Part shown: in pieces, positions 13,601-27,541 of the stretch
Position numbering within the stretch: position 1 is the stretch's first letter
Layout of the letters: each line of letters opens with the position of its first letter
Assembly (NCBI GenBank): GCA_977016875.1
Contig: CDRNST010000013.1
Coordinates: forward strand, 1,860,001-1,924,000
Direction of reading: 5' to 3'
DNA: 64,000 nt
DNA from: Pavona decussata
Taxonomy: Eukaryota
The notes under the pieces: model-generated
Database searches by the model: none
Told to the model about the DNA's origin: nothing
The model's input: the letters and a program-made list of their open reading frames with translations, nothing else
Program-made: the position numbers and the translations under genes

Positions 13601-16600
13601 GTTTCAGGGAAATAACGTTATGGTTTATCCTGGTGTTGTAGGAGTATTCCGTGTAAGGGAAACTCACCTAGTCTTAACTTTAGCAACGTTTTGACCAAAC
13701 TACGTGGGAATTCCCATGATGTGGCCCTTGACGTTTAATCTTAAGGGGACACCTATGTTTGATATCCGCTCACGGAAGGTTGGATTGTACACAAATGCTG
13801 GGTATTAGAATCAAAAGGTCCTCAGATACCTATAGACCAAACACTTGGCCAATATTGGACAGTTGCGGAGATGGAACCTGTCCATGCCATGGGTTTGTCG
13901 TCGGTGAGTATATAAAGCAAACTACAGACCAAAGATAACCTGGGAACATGGTCAGCTATGTTCATTTATTTAATTAGGCTGAAAGCTCAATCTTGCCTTC
14001 AGCTAGTTAGCGTTCTTCTGTAGTCTGAATATCACTGACAGCTTGGATCGCTTTAAATTACTTTGAAAATGACAGGACCGTCGGCTAAGGGTGACATTTC
14101 TTTCGTTTACTTACTTTGTCTTTGTAGTAATTGGCACATTTACAATGTCTAGATACTCCAAAACAGAAGCACGCAACGCAGCCATCAGGTTCATCTGACT
14201 GCAAGTTGAAGAACGACTGCTTACACTTGTCACACGTCCGACCATCCACGTGTTTCTGTGAAGACGCGAAAACATCACATAAGGATTATTGAACCAACGT
14301 GTTAAATCATAACACGCTGATTATGATTGGCGAAAATTGATCAAAGGTGTTAGATGGGACTTTGGACTCGGCTCATTGCTTAATGTCAGTGCACTCACAA
14401 AGTCAAACTTTGCTTTTTTAAATGTGGTTCAAGTTGCTACATCTTTTTAAAATTTGTCGAAAGAAAACCGGTGTTTTAGGGGAAATCGTTTGAATTGTTT
14501 CAGAGAGCATTAGTTACAGAAACGTAAAAGTCACGACAAGAGGACAATGCGCTACTAGGTCCTGGGGCCCGTTTCTCGAAAGTCCCGGTAATTTCCGGGC
14601 CCGTTAACTTATCGGGCAACTTACCGGTAAACTTTACCGGGCCCGATAATGTGTTTCTCGAAGCACCCGTTAACTTTCCCGGTAATTTCCGGGCCCGGTA
14701 AAATAGGGGATCGTTACCAGGCTCTTGCGCGCGCTACACGCTCGTTCAAAAGAGAAGGAGAACGACTTGGGACTACTCGATGGAAAAGCACGGTTCATGT
14801 ACTAAGGATAGGACTGTCTTCATGATTATCAATTATTGAAGGACAGTGCAATACGTGCTAAGTTTAACTTTCAGTTAGTCGTTTTGTCAAAGGAGAGCAA
14901 CCAAGAGAGATCATTATTTTGCATTATCATGTAATTTGCAAGATATGATCGGTTGCCTTTGGTAGCTCGATTCGACAGTTTCGCTTTTCGCCATCGTACA
15001 TGTATCTATCGTCTGTGAAGTATTTTTTGTATGATGATACTTCACATGGATATGCGAATTGGAGATGCCATGTTTACATTATTTTAGAACGCACCAGTGT
15101 GGGAGGAAGGAAGGTGTATTGATCTGCTGGATTCCGATCTGCTTTTCTCTTTGATGGTCAGTTCGTGGTTGTGCAACAAACATTTGGTGGTGTTAAAGGT
15201 AAGCTTATGTACGTTCAGATAACCATAGCTATCCCTTTTATTGTTTATAAATCAAACATTGTATTTTTGGTTCTTGGTTAGTCAGTTTATTGAAATCCTA
15301 CACATACATCAAACCGGAAATGACTAATTCTAATTACACTCTTAGAAATAAACCATGTCTGAATGATAATGGTGAGCCAATTCCAATTTCTAGATTACAG
15401 ATACTAGGTATGAAGCAACACTTAGTGATTTTACTCTACGTAGCGGAATTTTATTGGATTGCTATAGTCTTTATATGACTAATACATGCTCAGTTGCTCA
15501 ATCGCTAAAAAAAGTAGTCTCTGTTCCTGTGCCTGAACCCTACTGTGAAACCAATGAGTGGCTGTCATGTCTGGATTCAGATTAATGGTATTAATATTCA
15601 ACTTTGATCATAATAATGTTACAAGAATGATAAAGTTGTTATCTTATTATAACTTGATACAGGAAGTCAGTCTGGCAGCTGGTAACACTGCACTGCTGCT
15701 GTTACAATTTACTGGTGATAATAAATATATTTGCACCTGAATAACACTTGGCTGCCAAATTGCTCACTTGAAAATACAAATATTTGTGATTTTTTGTTCA
15801 AAAATAAAACTCATTCCAAAACCAGTCATGCATTATCTTGGAGAGGGCAAAGGGAGGATGCTAGTGATAGCAATTAATATCAGTGGGAGCATAATTGTGG
15901 TCAGTTTATGACTATTTTGCCATACTTCTGGTCAGCCAAGATTAACCTACTGTATTGGATTACAGTCATGACCTTTGGTGATGATCACTGAAATGATGTT
16001 TAGGACAACAACACTTCTAATAGTACTAATAATTTATTGATGATTTAACCTTTTAGGATAAAAAAAAAAATGGACAGGCACAACACCAACTGGGGCAAAC
16101 AAGGAAAAGGCCACCAATTTAGACACTTGCTCAAGCTCAGCTGGTAGTAATATATTCGAACCATACAATAATTGATATTTTCAAAATAATCTAATCACCA
16201 GTACATTCTGTGTGAATATTCATTTTTAATTATTAGTGTCTATTAATAAAAAATGAACAAAAGCTAATGCTGTATTCAAGTGACTAATTATATAATAGGT
16301 TGCAGATCTCAATTTTATGTTCCAGAATTAAGTTATACAATGTAGCCTATCCACTGAGTGTCTCCAATATATTTTAAGTAATTGGTTTATACCCTTAAGG
16401 GGTAGATGCTAAATAAAAATAGTAACAATAATAAATTTTAGCTGCAAGTTTTTCAGGAATCAATATAGGCCGAAAAACATTTAGTGAGTTAATGACATTG
16501 AGTTGGCAGAACTAAGGAACCCTATAGCATTTTGGAACCTTTCCGAAAATGCTACTTATACATAGCTATTAAGATATTGGTCAGGATATATCATCATCAT

Positions 16601-19600
16601 CATCATCATCGTTATCATTGATAAGGTTCTTAGCAGCCGACCACATGCATCTTTTTAATAGCTCTGAACATGTGCTGAACATGTGGAGATTAGAAAGTAT
16701 AATTTATTGAATTCTAGGCAAAACAATTATTTTTCCTTTTGTACTTTGAAACAGTGACTGCACACTATAAAATGAAGATGCAAAAGGTGGAATTAGAAAT
16801 GAATCATATCAAAGAACAAAAGAGAGGAGGAGGAGAACTCTTGGCGTACCTCTAAGGACCAGCTCTACAGAAAAAAAATTATTGAAAAGAGTAATATTAT
16901 TGATACACTGTCCATTAATGGGTACATTTTAGACACTCACCATTGTATTGCCTGTTTCTCGAATCTCTATGTTGAATGAAATGCGCAGTGACATTCAACC
17001 CAGCAAGCCTCAACACTGAAAACTTGGGGAACGGGGGGGGGGGGGGGGCTAACAGAGTATTACATTGTTCATTGCCCTTTTAGAGTGCATTATTTGCAGG
17101 AAATAGGAAAAATGATGAGAGTGTATCAACCTTTTTGCAATAAATAATTATTATTGCTTGTAGCTTTGAACATTATAGATGTCTATATCTGCATTAGAAC
17201 AGGTAATTAAAGCGCATGTTTATTAGACCTGTGACTTTGAACAGTGTTGAATATTGGGGCCATATAACTCCAAAATATAACTTTAATTTCAACAATACTA
17301 ATGTATACTATCCCACTGGAATCTGATAGCCAGGTTAACAGGTAATATTCTTGCTGGATATCTTTTACATCAAACTTTTCACAAGTCATCTCAATAATTA
17401 TTCATGCAGGCTATCAGATTTTTTTGTAATTTCTTTTTTTCTGCTTGTCATTTGAACTGGTAAATAAAAAAGATACATCCCTGTGAATGTATGAAACATA
17501 TTTTTGAACTGCAGATGAAAGATTAAATAGAAGAAAGTTGCATAAATAACTGTGAAGGTCTTTCTTCTATTTAAAATTGATACAATAATTGCTTCATATT
17601 TATCAACACCAAAAAATTCCCCACCGAAATGTTTTCTAACCAAATAAATCTGCCAAAAAAATTAAACCTAAGCCACCCAAAAGTCCAACTGAAAATCCCT
17701 AACTTCAAACCCACAAAAGCTTTCATACATCAGCAAAAAATATAACTGAGTACCCTCCCTTGGGGTGGGAAGAATAATGGGACTTAAATTATGTTTTGGT
17801 TAATGGCTTAAGTCAGAAGCTAATTGTTTGGTAGATTTGAGCCCTCAAATTACAAAGTGAGCATGGAACCATATAATTTTCTGACACAAGAACCAGACTG
17901 TACGTATGCCAAAAATGTTGTATGCCAGGTCATTTCAAGGTGGCTACTTAACTTTTTACATTCTCATGTTGTTTCACTAACAAAAATAGTCAGTTTCACT
18001 TTCATGAAGTCCTATACTACAAGGAAAAGAAAGTATTGAAATACTTTAAAAGAATTAGCAGTTCCCATATTTTTAAGTATGTCTAACCTTATGTAAACAT
18101 TTAGTAAAATTGAGTTTAATTATCACATGTAAAGGATTTACTGCCAGTGCAGTTTTCAAGCTCATTTAATTCTCCCAATTACTCATGTATGTACATTTTT
18201 CTTAATTAAAATTTTCATTAAAATTCAATTAAGTTGTTCACACCCAGTCTTCTTCCATCAGTTGTTCCCCTGCTCCTGATGTTCTCAGTTAGCCCTCTTC
18301 TGTCAGTTGAACCCCTGTGGATGAAAAAGAATTTTCAATAAAAATTATCTTGAAAAATAATTATTCAATAACAATTTAAAAACATTATTCAAGAGGGTCG
18401 TACACGGGTATTTTCATGATGCGTGATTAGCTGATTTTGTTTCCCGTGAAACGTGAATGTAATAAATTATTCTTCGTAATCCGTGACCTGAAAGTTTTGC
18501 GTGACCCGTGAAGAGCTTGAAAACGAAATTTTCATTTCTGTGATCCGTGATTTGCTATTTTTTTCTGTTCGTGAACCGTGCAAGAGACCCCCCCTGTGCG
18601 ACCCTCTATTCAAGTTATTGTTCACAAAATTATTTAAGTGCATGTTCAGCTGTCCTTTTTGGTTATGTCTAAGAGTGGGCCTCACGCCCGAAAATCTCTC
18701 GTGCAGCTGTTCTTGTCTGTACCATGCTGGCACTTGCTTGGTTTGGCATGCTTATGTCTGCCTGTTCAGTTGCAGTTGTGGCTGCTCATTCATTCATTCA
18801 ATACATTATTTGGGCAGTTCAGTTGTACGTCTGCTTTCCATGGCCCAAAGAATATTTTCATACGTTTTTTATTTACTCCCCCTCCCCCTACCCTACCCTA
18901 CCCTTGCCCCCAGTTATTTAATTTTTTTGTTTGTTTGTTTGTCCTGTGAACTCCTATGTTACACTAGGTCAGTAACACAAATTCCTGTATTTGTAGTTGA
19001 AAATGACACCTCCATCACTTTCGTTTTTTTCTCCAAATTTATGAAGTGTTTATTTACAACCATCAATGACTTGAGTACTGAGTGGGTTTAGTTTCAATTC
19101 AACCGGATTTCCTTTTTGTTATATTCATCTTTCCATTTTAAACACGTTAGTTATTTCCCCCCCCCCCCCCCCCATTTTCGTAGTAAATGCAGCTAATTCG
19201 GTAATTCTCATACTGTACTTTTTAGGACGATCGGAAGCAGTTTCTACGTAAAAAAAGCCAGCTTAGATCTCAAACAAAACCATCTAAGGGCCACGCACGG
19301 GCAAGTATATGCTTTACGGGGCAAAATTGCAAGTCCTCCCGGGATAACCGAAATTCGAAACACACTGAGCAAGTTACTGTAGCTGGTTTTTACCGACTGA
19401 AACCAACTGGATTAGGAGTTTGTTCTAGTTCTAAAATTGCAAAATATTTACCTGTGTTTTCGCGGACAGCGGACAGCTTCTCGTACTGTACGGTATCTCT
19501 CGAAAGGTTTCCTCCAGTAAACTCGTCAACAAGCGAATTTATTACTTCCCTTGATAACCAGTATCTTTCTATTATTTCTCTTTCTTCTATTTTGTCTAAA

Positions 19601-22600
19601 ATCAATCGCTCTTGGTAAGTACGCGACCGACAAACCGGGACAAAAATGACCGCCTCCGGCGGCCATCTTGTTTTCTTGCAACAAAATATTGCTTCCCGTA
19701 AACTTTACGGGTACTTTACGGGAGGTCATGACCTCCCGTAAATTACCGGGCAACTTACCGGGCAACTTACCGGGATCGTAAATAACGGGAGTTTCGAGAA
19801 ACACCCGTAAACTTATCGGGGGCTTAACGGGCAACTTACCGGGCCCGATAAGTTACCGGGACTTTCGAGAAACGGGCCCCTGGACTCTAAATTATGGGTT
19901 GTCTGTTTATGTTAATTGCCTTACACAGCACAACTTGGCCAAAACGTGTTTTTTGCCAGCCCTTCTGATTTCTAAAAAAGAAATGACAGAATTTGATCGC
20001 CATTACGGCCCGTTTAATACAGATAAAGACATTAAAACTACATTCATTGGAACTTGTTAAAAGGTAATTGTGACCACATGTAAAGGAGGTAAGGTTTGTA
20101 GTAATATATTTATTGAATCAGTAGCTATCGAATTTTATCTAGTTCTAGAAATTTTAAAATATTTTTAAGTCTTTAGTTAGGGAAATTGTTTTAATACAGG
20201 GTTAACCTCACGATTACCCTATATAGGATGTTTTTGTATTTGTGTTGAAGCCTCCTGAATAAAATGTTATGTTATGTTAATAAGGCTGAGCAATTATCGA
20301 GGCTTCAGGAACCGATCGCTTTATAGAACGTGAGCGTTTGATTGAGTTTGACCACTTGATACCGGTTGGAACGTTTGCCGTGATGTTATCAAGGGTGGTG
20401 ACTAACCATCAGTTATGTAGACAGTGATCCTAAAACTATTCGTGGACAAGTTCCAATAAATGTAATTGCGTCTGTAGACAAAGTGCCAGGGTGTGGCTAC
20501 TCCAATTAAAGTTACCGAGAGACACCTCACTGAGGTGATGTGCANNNNNNNNNNNNNNNNNNNNNNNNNNNNNNNNNNNNNNNNNNNNNNNNNNNNNNNN
20601 NNNNNNNNNNNNNNNNNNNNNNNNNNNNNNNNNNNNNNNNNNNNNNNNNNNNNNNNNNNNNNNNNNNNNNNNNNNNNNNNNNNNNNNNNNNNNNNNNNNN
20701 NNNNNNNNNNNNNNNNNNNNNGGAAACTCCACAAAAAGCAGAGAAGGAGGTAAAAATAACATGCTTATCCTGAGTTTTTGCCCCTGTTTCCATTTCATGT
20801 TCTGGACATGTACGCCTCTTTAATCCATCCGGATGTTTTCAAGTTTGGCTTTTTTCATCCTAATGATAGAGTCGTCCTTTTAATTTATCTACTAAACAAC
20901 TCTGCAAATGTGAATCTTAAAAGGTCAAGAGGCGTACATCCGCATCGCTTACATGTGCACGCGATCACGCAAAAGCGTATAAGCAAACTATGATATGAAA
21001 GGATGATGAATATTTGTTTTAAAAGAGAGAAGAGCCAAAATAGCTTCTCGCGTTCGCTCGGAAAGGAAACGACTGCTACACAGGCTAGCATAAAAGAAAA
21101 TCGCCGTTTGAATTCTTAAACACTGCTCATGTGTGCAAGAAATCATACTGTGCTAATTTTATGGCAATAAAATAATAAGATAAGACAATTTTAATGATAC
21201 AATAATATGATTTTATGTTAATATCAATGAAAAAGAACGTCGAAACGGTCACTCTTAAGAATTTCATCGAGACTCAAAAATTCGAACTACTCTGTAGGGC
21301 ACAATAAACAGGGCTGCAGGATATTACTGTCCAAGAGCCTTTATTGAAGGTTAACACAGAGTCCACAGACTCACAATTTAAAATCACACTACATGACTGA
21401 TGGCTGGACGCTCTAAAGCCATTGCGTGACCGGAGCTTTACAGGGTCACGACATACTTCTTTCGAGTGCCTACAAGACAGCAAGTCACGCTACCGCTGTC
21501 TGCAAGCCGCAGGCCAATACAACTGATTCATTCCAACATAGTACTGAACGTCTGTCTACTTTGACTCTAAAATTATGTACTTGTCTTCTGGGTTTGTTGT
21601 TCTGTAAAACATGCTGCTAAGAAAGGACCAGAAAGATTCGCTGGTCTTAAGGTGGTCATTAACCTTTTATAAAGACCTTTTAAAATAATTCCGGAGACAT
21701 CACGTATGAGTATCAGACCCTATCAGTTCCGGTTTATTTTTCACACTCCTGGGTTACAAACTAAACAACAAATTAGTTTTCCTTTGGGGGTCCTTTCCTT
21801 TCTGCTCTTGTAACTACATGTAAATAATATTATTTCTGAGGGTCACTGATTTCCTTTGTGTATTGCTCATTGAAAGGGTGGATGGAGTAACGATCATTCA
21901 AAGAGGCACAAGCCGGTGATTTGGGCAAAATGCGGCCCTGTATTACCGCCAATAAGAACCGGAACAGTTATTTCACTACTTTTTTTGATTTACTTCTCAT
22001 GTTAAAAGACAAAGATTGTACTTGGAAATAAACACGGAGATATTCACTCTTGAAACAGGTAAAAATCTTGAAAGCGATCTATCTTTTGAGAAGATTTCCT
22101 TTCAAAATTGTCTGATTCCTGGTTTGCTGCACGAATGCTTGGGTAGCGAGCTATTGTAGATTTTCTTCTACTACTTACGAAAAAGAGCTTGCTGAATTCA
22201 GTACAAAAGTATATCGACATTAAAAGTCTCAATTAAAACTGTCCTTTTGATGAAGTGCTAATCTAGAAAACCAGATGGGGTCTGCCTTATTTCACTTCAC
22301 TTTATCTTCGTCAAGTTTATTATTGCTGTCCTTGGCCGTTGCTTTAACTGTTTGTGAATGTACAGTGTGAATGTTTTAGTACGCTTTGCTTGTATGGTGA
22401 ATTAAGTCCGTACTTAATATATTCCAAGGCTTTCCTTCTACACCTCAGAAACCACCAGCTTTTTCTTTAATTATTCAACTATTTCAATGCATTGACACAA
22501 CTTGTCACAAACGACTCAACAAATGATACTGAGCTTAAAATGTGTCGGTTGGTTAGATCAGGTCATATCACATAAGCAGATTTATATCTTGGACTATACT

Positions 22601-25600
22601 TTGTATTCTAGTGGTTAATGACTCAAATGATGACTGTTGAAAATCGCCTGCAAAATGCTGTTATTTTCGTAAGATAAAGTAAAAAAACGTCTGTTTGTAC
22701 ATACAGGGGACTGATTTCTCCAAAACTCTAAATTACGACAACAAACTGTACAATAAATGTGGACAACAAGGAAGCGCAGACAAAGCAATAAACAGAAAGT
22801 CGCTAGAATTGAAAGACAAACACATCACGGAAAAGCCTTTCCGCTGTCTGCAAAAATAGGGTGAAAGGTCACTTTGAACGAAGAATGCATACTTCGTAAG
22901 ATAAATTATAAAATTTATGATGACGAACGTAGAGGAGGTTTTTAAAACACATCAAGTATAAACTACATGACAACGATTGGAGTACTTGTCGGGAAGTAGC
23001 AAATGATGTTGCGGAAAGAGGTTGCACCTCTTTGATTTTGGGTGGTATAGATTTTAATTATAAAGCGCTTGCTAATCTCCTTTACGTGTGGAAGAAACGT
23101 TACTCGATATTAAAGTCTTTAAGGCGATTCTGGTATTTGTCGAGAAATAGCTGTATTTACCATGTATTACGACAATATGATCTTCAAAGAACCACTACAA
23201 ATGTTTCCAAAATCGAGCACCACAGAGGCTTGCATACAAATCGAGTGTGGAATTTTAGCACAGTCGTAGCCTTTGGCATGGCTTTAGGCAAGATATAAAG
23301 ATCAAATGGTTTGGCTTACCTCGAGTGAAGTCATTATTGTGGAAAGCACGAGCGCTGTGAAAATCTGAAGAAAATAAGAATCCATTGTATAGGAATAAGG
23401 ATAAGCAGCTTTCAATGGACGTATCCTCGGAAACCTTCCTCGAGACAGATTGCTGAATAAGATGGCATTCAAGATTATAATCCGGCGAGCCCCGTATCGT
23501 TCCTTGGGAGAGTTTACGTTTGAAAGATTGGTTTATATCTATATAGGAACTGGTCGATTACGAGATTCTCCCATTGGTTCATCGTTGATGATCATAACAA
23601 CCTGGAAGAGTGTTAAGTGAAACTCAATCCGGCATCCCTTGGTTTTTGGACGAGCTCACCCTTTGCGATAAAAGCTACGAAAGATAAGTGGTGATCGGGT
23701 TACGGAGTCACTTCTTAGCACCTCTTTTGCACGACAGGGAGCCACGGAACAGCGACTCAGTACAATACGCAGATGAAAGAAGCTACCAGTGAGATAGAGC
23801 ACAGCAAAGAACATCGAAAAATAGAAGAACGTGCATGAACGCGCATCCACTTTTGAGACCAGTATGTTACGAATATGCAATCTTCACAAATCACTGACTG
23901 AATTTTAATGAACGAGGGTCATTTATCGATGGCCTTATAACCTTGTCGTTCACAAACGAGTATTTTCAACGCCAACACACGCTAAGCTTGAGAAGCTTTT
24001 TTGTATTGTTTATACGACGAATTTTTTCGCATGGTAAGAAAAACAACTGTTAGACAAAGAAGCCCGTGGGAAAGTTCACAGGCGTTGCTTATATGTTAAG
24101 TTACAACAACATTCAATTTCCGTAAATGTGGTAGTTTAAAGGCATTTTCTGTTTATAGATCTTATCAGCAGTAACATGTTTTAGTGTGAAATGATCGCAC
24201 TACAAATTGACACTTTTGAAGCCGCAGCACTGTTTAGGTTATAAACAAGCTTTATTTATTTATCTAATGAATTTTTCAGCCTAAACATATATACATTTCA
24301 TAAATTTTAGTCGGTGGAGCGAAGGAATAAACCGCATGACGTAGAAAGGCCGTTTTGGAGTTAATAAAACCATTTTTCATCTGCCAGAGAGCTGTTGTTG
24401 GTAAGACCTTCCTGTTGTTTATCAACCATCACAAAACATAATAGAAATGTCATTTAGTGAAAATTAAAAGTAGTTGTGTCGAAGATAAGAAAGACCTCTT
24501 GCGTGAGGCCACCAAGATTCTATTAAACGAGCGTTAGTTGGTTTAACGTCTGCCCGCTTATTTTGTGTTCTGAGAAATATTCAGTACCAACAATGGAATT
24601 TTCTCATATTATGCAGGTAAAAGAAAGAAAGTTAAAACGCCCTGGACGAAACAGGCAAATTGTTAGTTTGCGTGTATCATGTATTTTTCTCTTGAAGTGA
24701 ACATTTCCTGAGTGTTATCTTGTTGTTATGCGTGCCAGAGACCCTTCACAGTGTTCAAGTGCCGACAAACTAAATTACCCTACTGCATTGGCGAGAGCGC
24801 GATAACCTTACCAGCACCGCATGGAAACACTGGCAGAGTTATTGAAGGAGTAGCAAGAATCACACCTTCCTGCTTGCCTCCCAAGTAAAACAGTCACAGT
24901 ATTTATTTGACAAAATTATCGATTTGGAGGAACGGATAAACGAACAGTGGACGGCCCAGTAGCACGTGCTCTTTTCAAACGAATGGCATAGTTCATAAAC
25001 TCAAGCAAAAAAGAAATAGTTATGTACAAAACTCTGTATGGGGGTCCTGTATTGATTCTGGGAAGGAAGAAGATCAATTTGGAGAGAACATCTTTATCTA
25101 AAACAACTGACGAGAGTTATAAGCACCTCAAGGTTGTATTTCTGTTTCTTGTCAGGAAGAACATATTAACAGTGAACTGATGTGATAACTATAAAGTAAA
25201 TCACTCGCCAAGGGAACTTATTAGCTGGGCCTCGACATAAGACCGAGGCCCAGCCTCGCTTATTGCTGCTATTACGTACCTTGCAATAGCACTGTCCCGT
25301 TTGAGGATCACAGGAGTTGTTCACGTTGCCACGACTATCACACACACAAACGATTTCTACAAGAAAATAACAAATAACACTGATTACGTCCTGGTGACTG
25401 ACAATAAGATCTATTCGAGCGATTTAGGCCTGTTTCTCCCTCGAGAACACTTTTACTGCTCTAATTCGAGTGGGGATCTTAAGAGACAGTGTGCTTGACT
25501 CTTATTCCAGGCCACGGTAGGTGTCACCCGAAAAGGGTTCCCTTTTCCAGTAGAATTTTAGTATTTTAAAGGGTTACAAAAATTGATTGAGAATCCAAGT

Positions 25601-27507
25601 ATTCGAGAAAGTACCAAAAACTGAACAAAAAAACTGCAACTCAAAGATTAATTAATATGAACAATCCTGTTGCACCAGTGACGTATGGGATATTTTAATC
25701 TTTGACATTATAACTTTTGAGTACAAGAAAAGAGTTGAATGGTTTGTGAAATGGGTGCCGTTTCCGTAAAAAGGTTGGTATATGAATGACTAAGGGTTTG
25801 AGCCTTCGGGGGAGGATCTCCGCATGAAACTATAGTGTCTTGCTTTTTTTTTTTTTCATTCAACGAGAAAACTTATCGAAGGATGACATTGGATGGAAGC
25901 CTTTCCATGGTGCACATTTTGCTTTTTTTCGTCATTAAAAAACATAAAAGTAGAAACTCACTTCGCTGACACTTGCCGCCCGGCTCAGTCGGATTTCCCT
26001 CGTACGATTTTACGCACCTTTAGAAGAGAAATAAACTCTGGGCAACAAACAAGGTAAAATGACATACCAATAGGGGATAGAGATAGTCCAGAACAAACGA
26101 AACAAATAAGGATCCTATACAGCAGACAGCTCGTGATAACTATTTCACAAATGACAGAACGGCGGTAAATTTTATGTTTCAGATACAGCTTCTTTTCAGC
26201 CTGTTTGTCTCTCTATTGGTTTTTGTGGTTTTCCATTGTAAAATCTGCCATTAGTTAACAAAACAAAAGCAAAGCCTGCTCGTATTTTTCCGCTAAACGG
26301 AACAAACATCGTTTGCTTGACCAACCGGATTGCTAAGAAGTCGTTGACGTCGAACAGGCAAAAATACCTATTTATGTCAAGCATGTTCTTGGGCAAAACT
26401 CGAGGCCATCCAAAAGCGCACGTTTGCTTTTGTTCGCTACACTAATCAAATAACTAGTTTCAACTAGTTTGTTATTTTGGCTTTGTTTGCACGTACTCAT
26501 TTCACACATACAGCTGTTTCGACAAAGGTTGTCCAAAATTTATTGGGTATTTCCCAGACTACCTTTCGGCATTGTCGCGTACACTTTTACGCTTTTTTTG
26601 CCCAACCTTTGAGAAAACAGCTGTATGTAACCATGCAATTGTTTTTCGTTGCAATTCTCCTTTATCTATGGCAATTTTTAATTTTGACGAAGGTCAGGTA
26701 TCGCAAAACAATTGACACTGCGTGACAGAGCACCTTAAAATTAGTGAAAACGGTCAAATTTGAGAGTCTTGTCTCATACAAACGTCTGAAAGGATTCCTG
26801 AATTTATAGAACTATGTCTTGGTTATTTTAAAAGACAAGACTCTCGAACTTGGTCTTTTTTTTTTTATCAATTTTTAAGGTCCTCTTTCCAGCGGTGTCA
26901 ATGGTATTTCGTTACACAGCTTTTATCAAACTTTTAAACCACCAAGATAAGGTCTGTTACGGAGCCTTAACTAAGTCCAATTCCCAAAACACCCTTTCCC
27001 CTGTAAAACCTGGCGTAAAAACGTTTGTTGAGAATCGAATTAATCAACTTACTTCTCGCAGCGTCTTCCGCCATAGCCTGGTGGGCAGGCATCACACGTT
27101 GGCTGACCATCGTCCGCCAGGAAACAAGTTGGGCTAAATCTACCGAGAAATTGAGCTGTTATATACACAACTACAATACAAGTGTTTGGTTGGAATGGGC
27201 AAACTAAGACTGAATAGGAACTGTGCAAACACTGACTCAAACAGGAATGATTCAGCATGGTGATTACAGCGACGACGACGATGAAGTAATGAGAATATTA
27301 AAGGAAACAACAAACGAAAATAATTTTTTGTCTCTTCAGTACCGCTAAATTAGTACGCTGGAAGTTAACAATGTTCTGCACCATACGTTATGATACACAA
27401 TTTTCCACGATGCGGGTCGAGGCCGAGATGTTATGGTGGATGTGTGAGTTACCCTCCAGGCCAATAAGCCAATACTCCAGGTTCTTTTTTGTTCTCTTTC
27501 TTTTTGA

Positions 27508-27541
<34 letters not shown>

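Larger units (their letters stand above)
14565..19879. mobile_element. Decayed PIF/Harbinger DNA transposon (5.3 kb) in perlecan-like intron
   Basis: TIRs GGGCCCGTTTCTCGAAAGTCCCGGTAA at both ends; 3-bp TSD CTG (14562-14564, 19880-19882); subterminal ttaccggg repeats; frameshifted HARBI1-like remnant near 19450-19670. Confidence 0.88.

Noticed and set aside
18501-19091. 196-aa plus-strand ORF
   Set aside because: It spans a MITE and low-complexity transposon interior, with no recognisable motifs.
20402-20798. ORFs crossing the N run
   Set aside because: Artefacts of the assembly gap.
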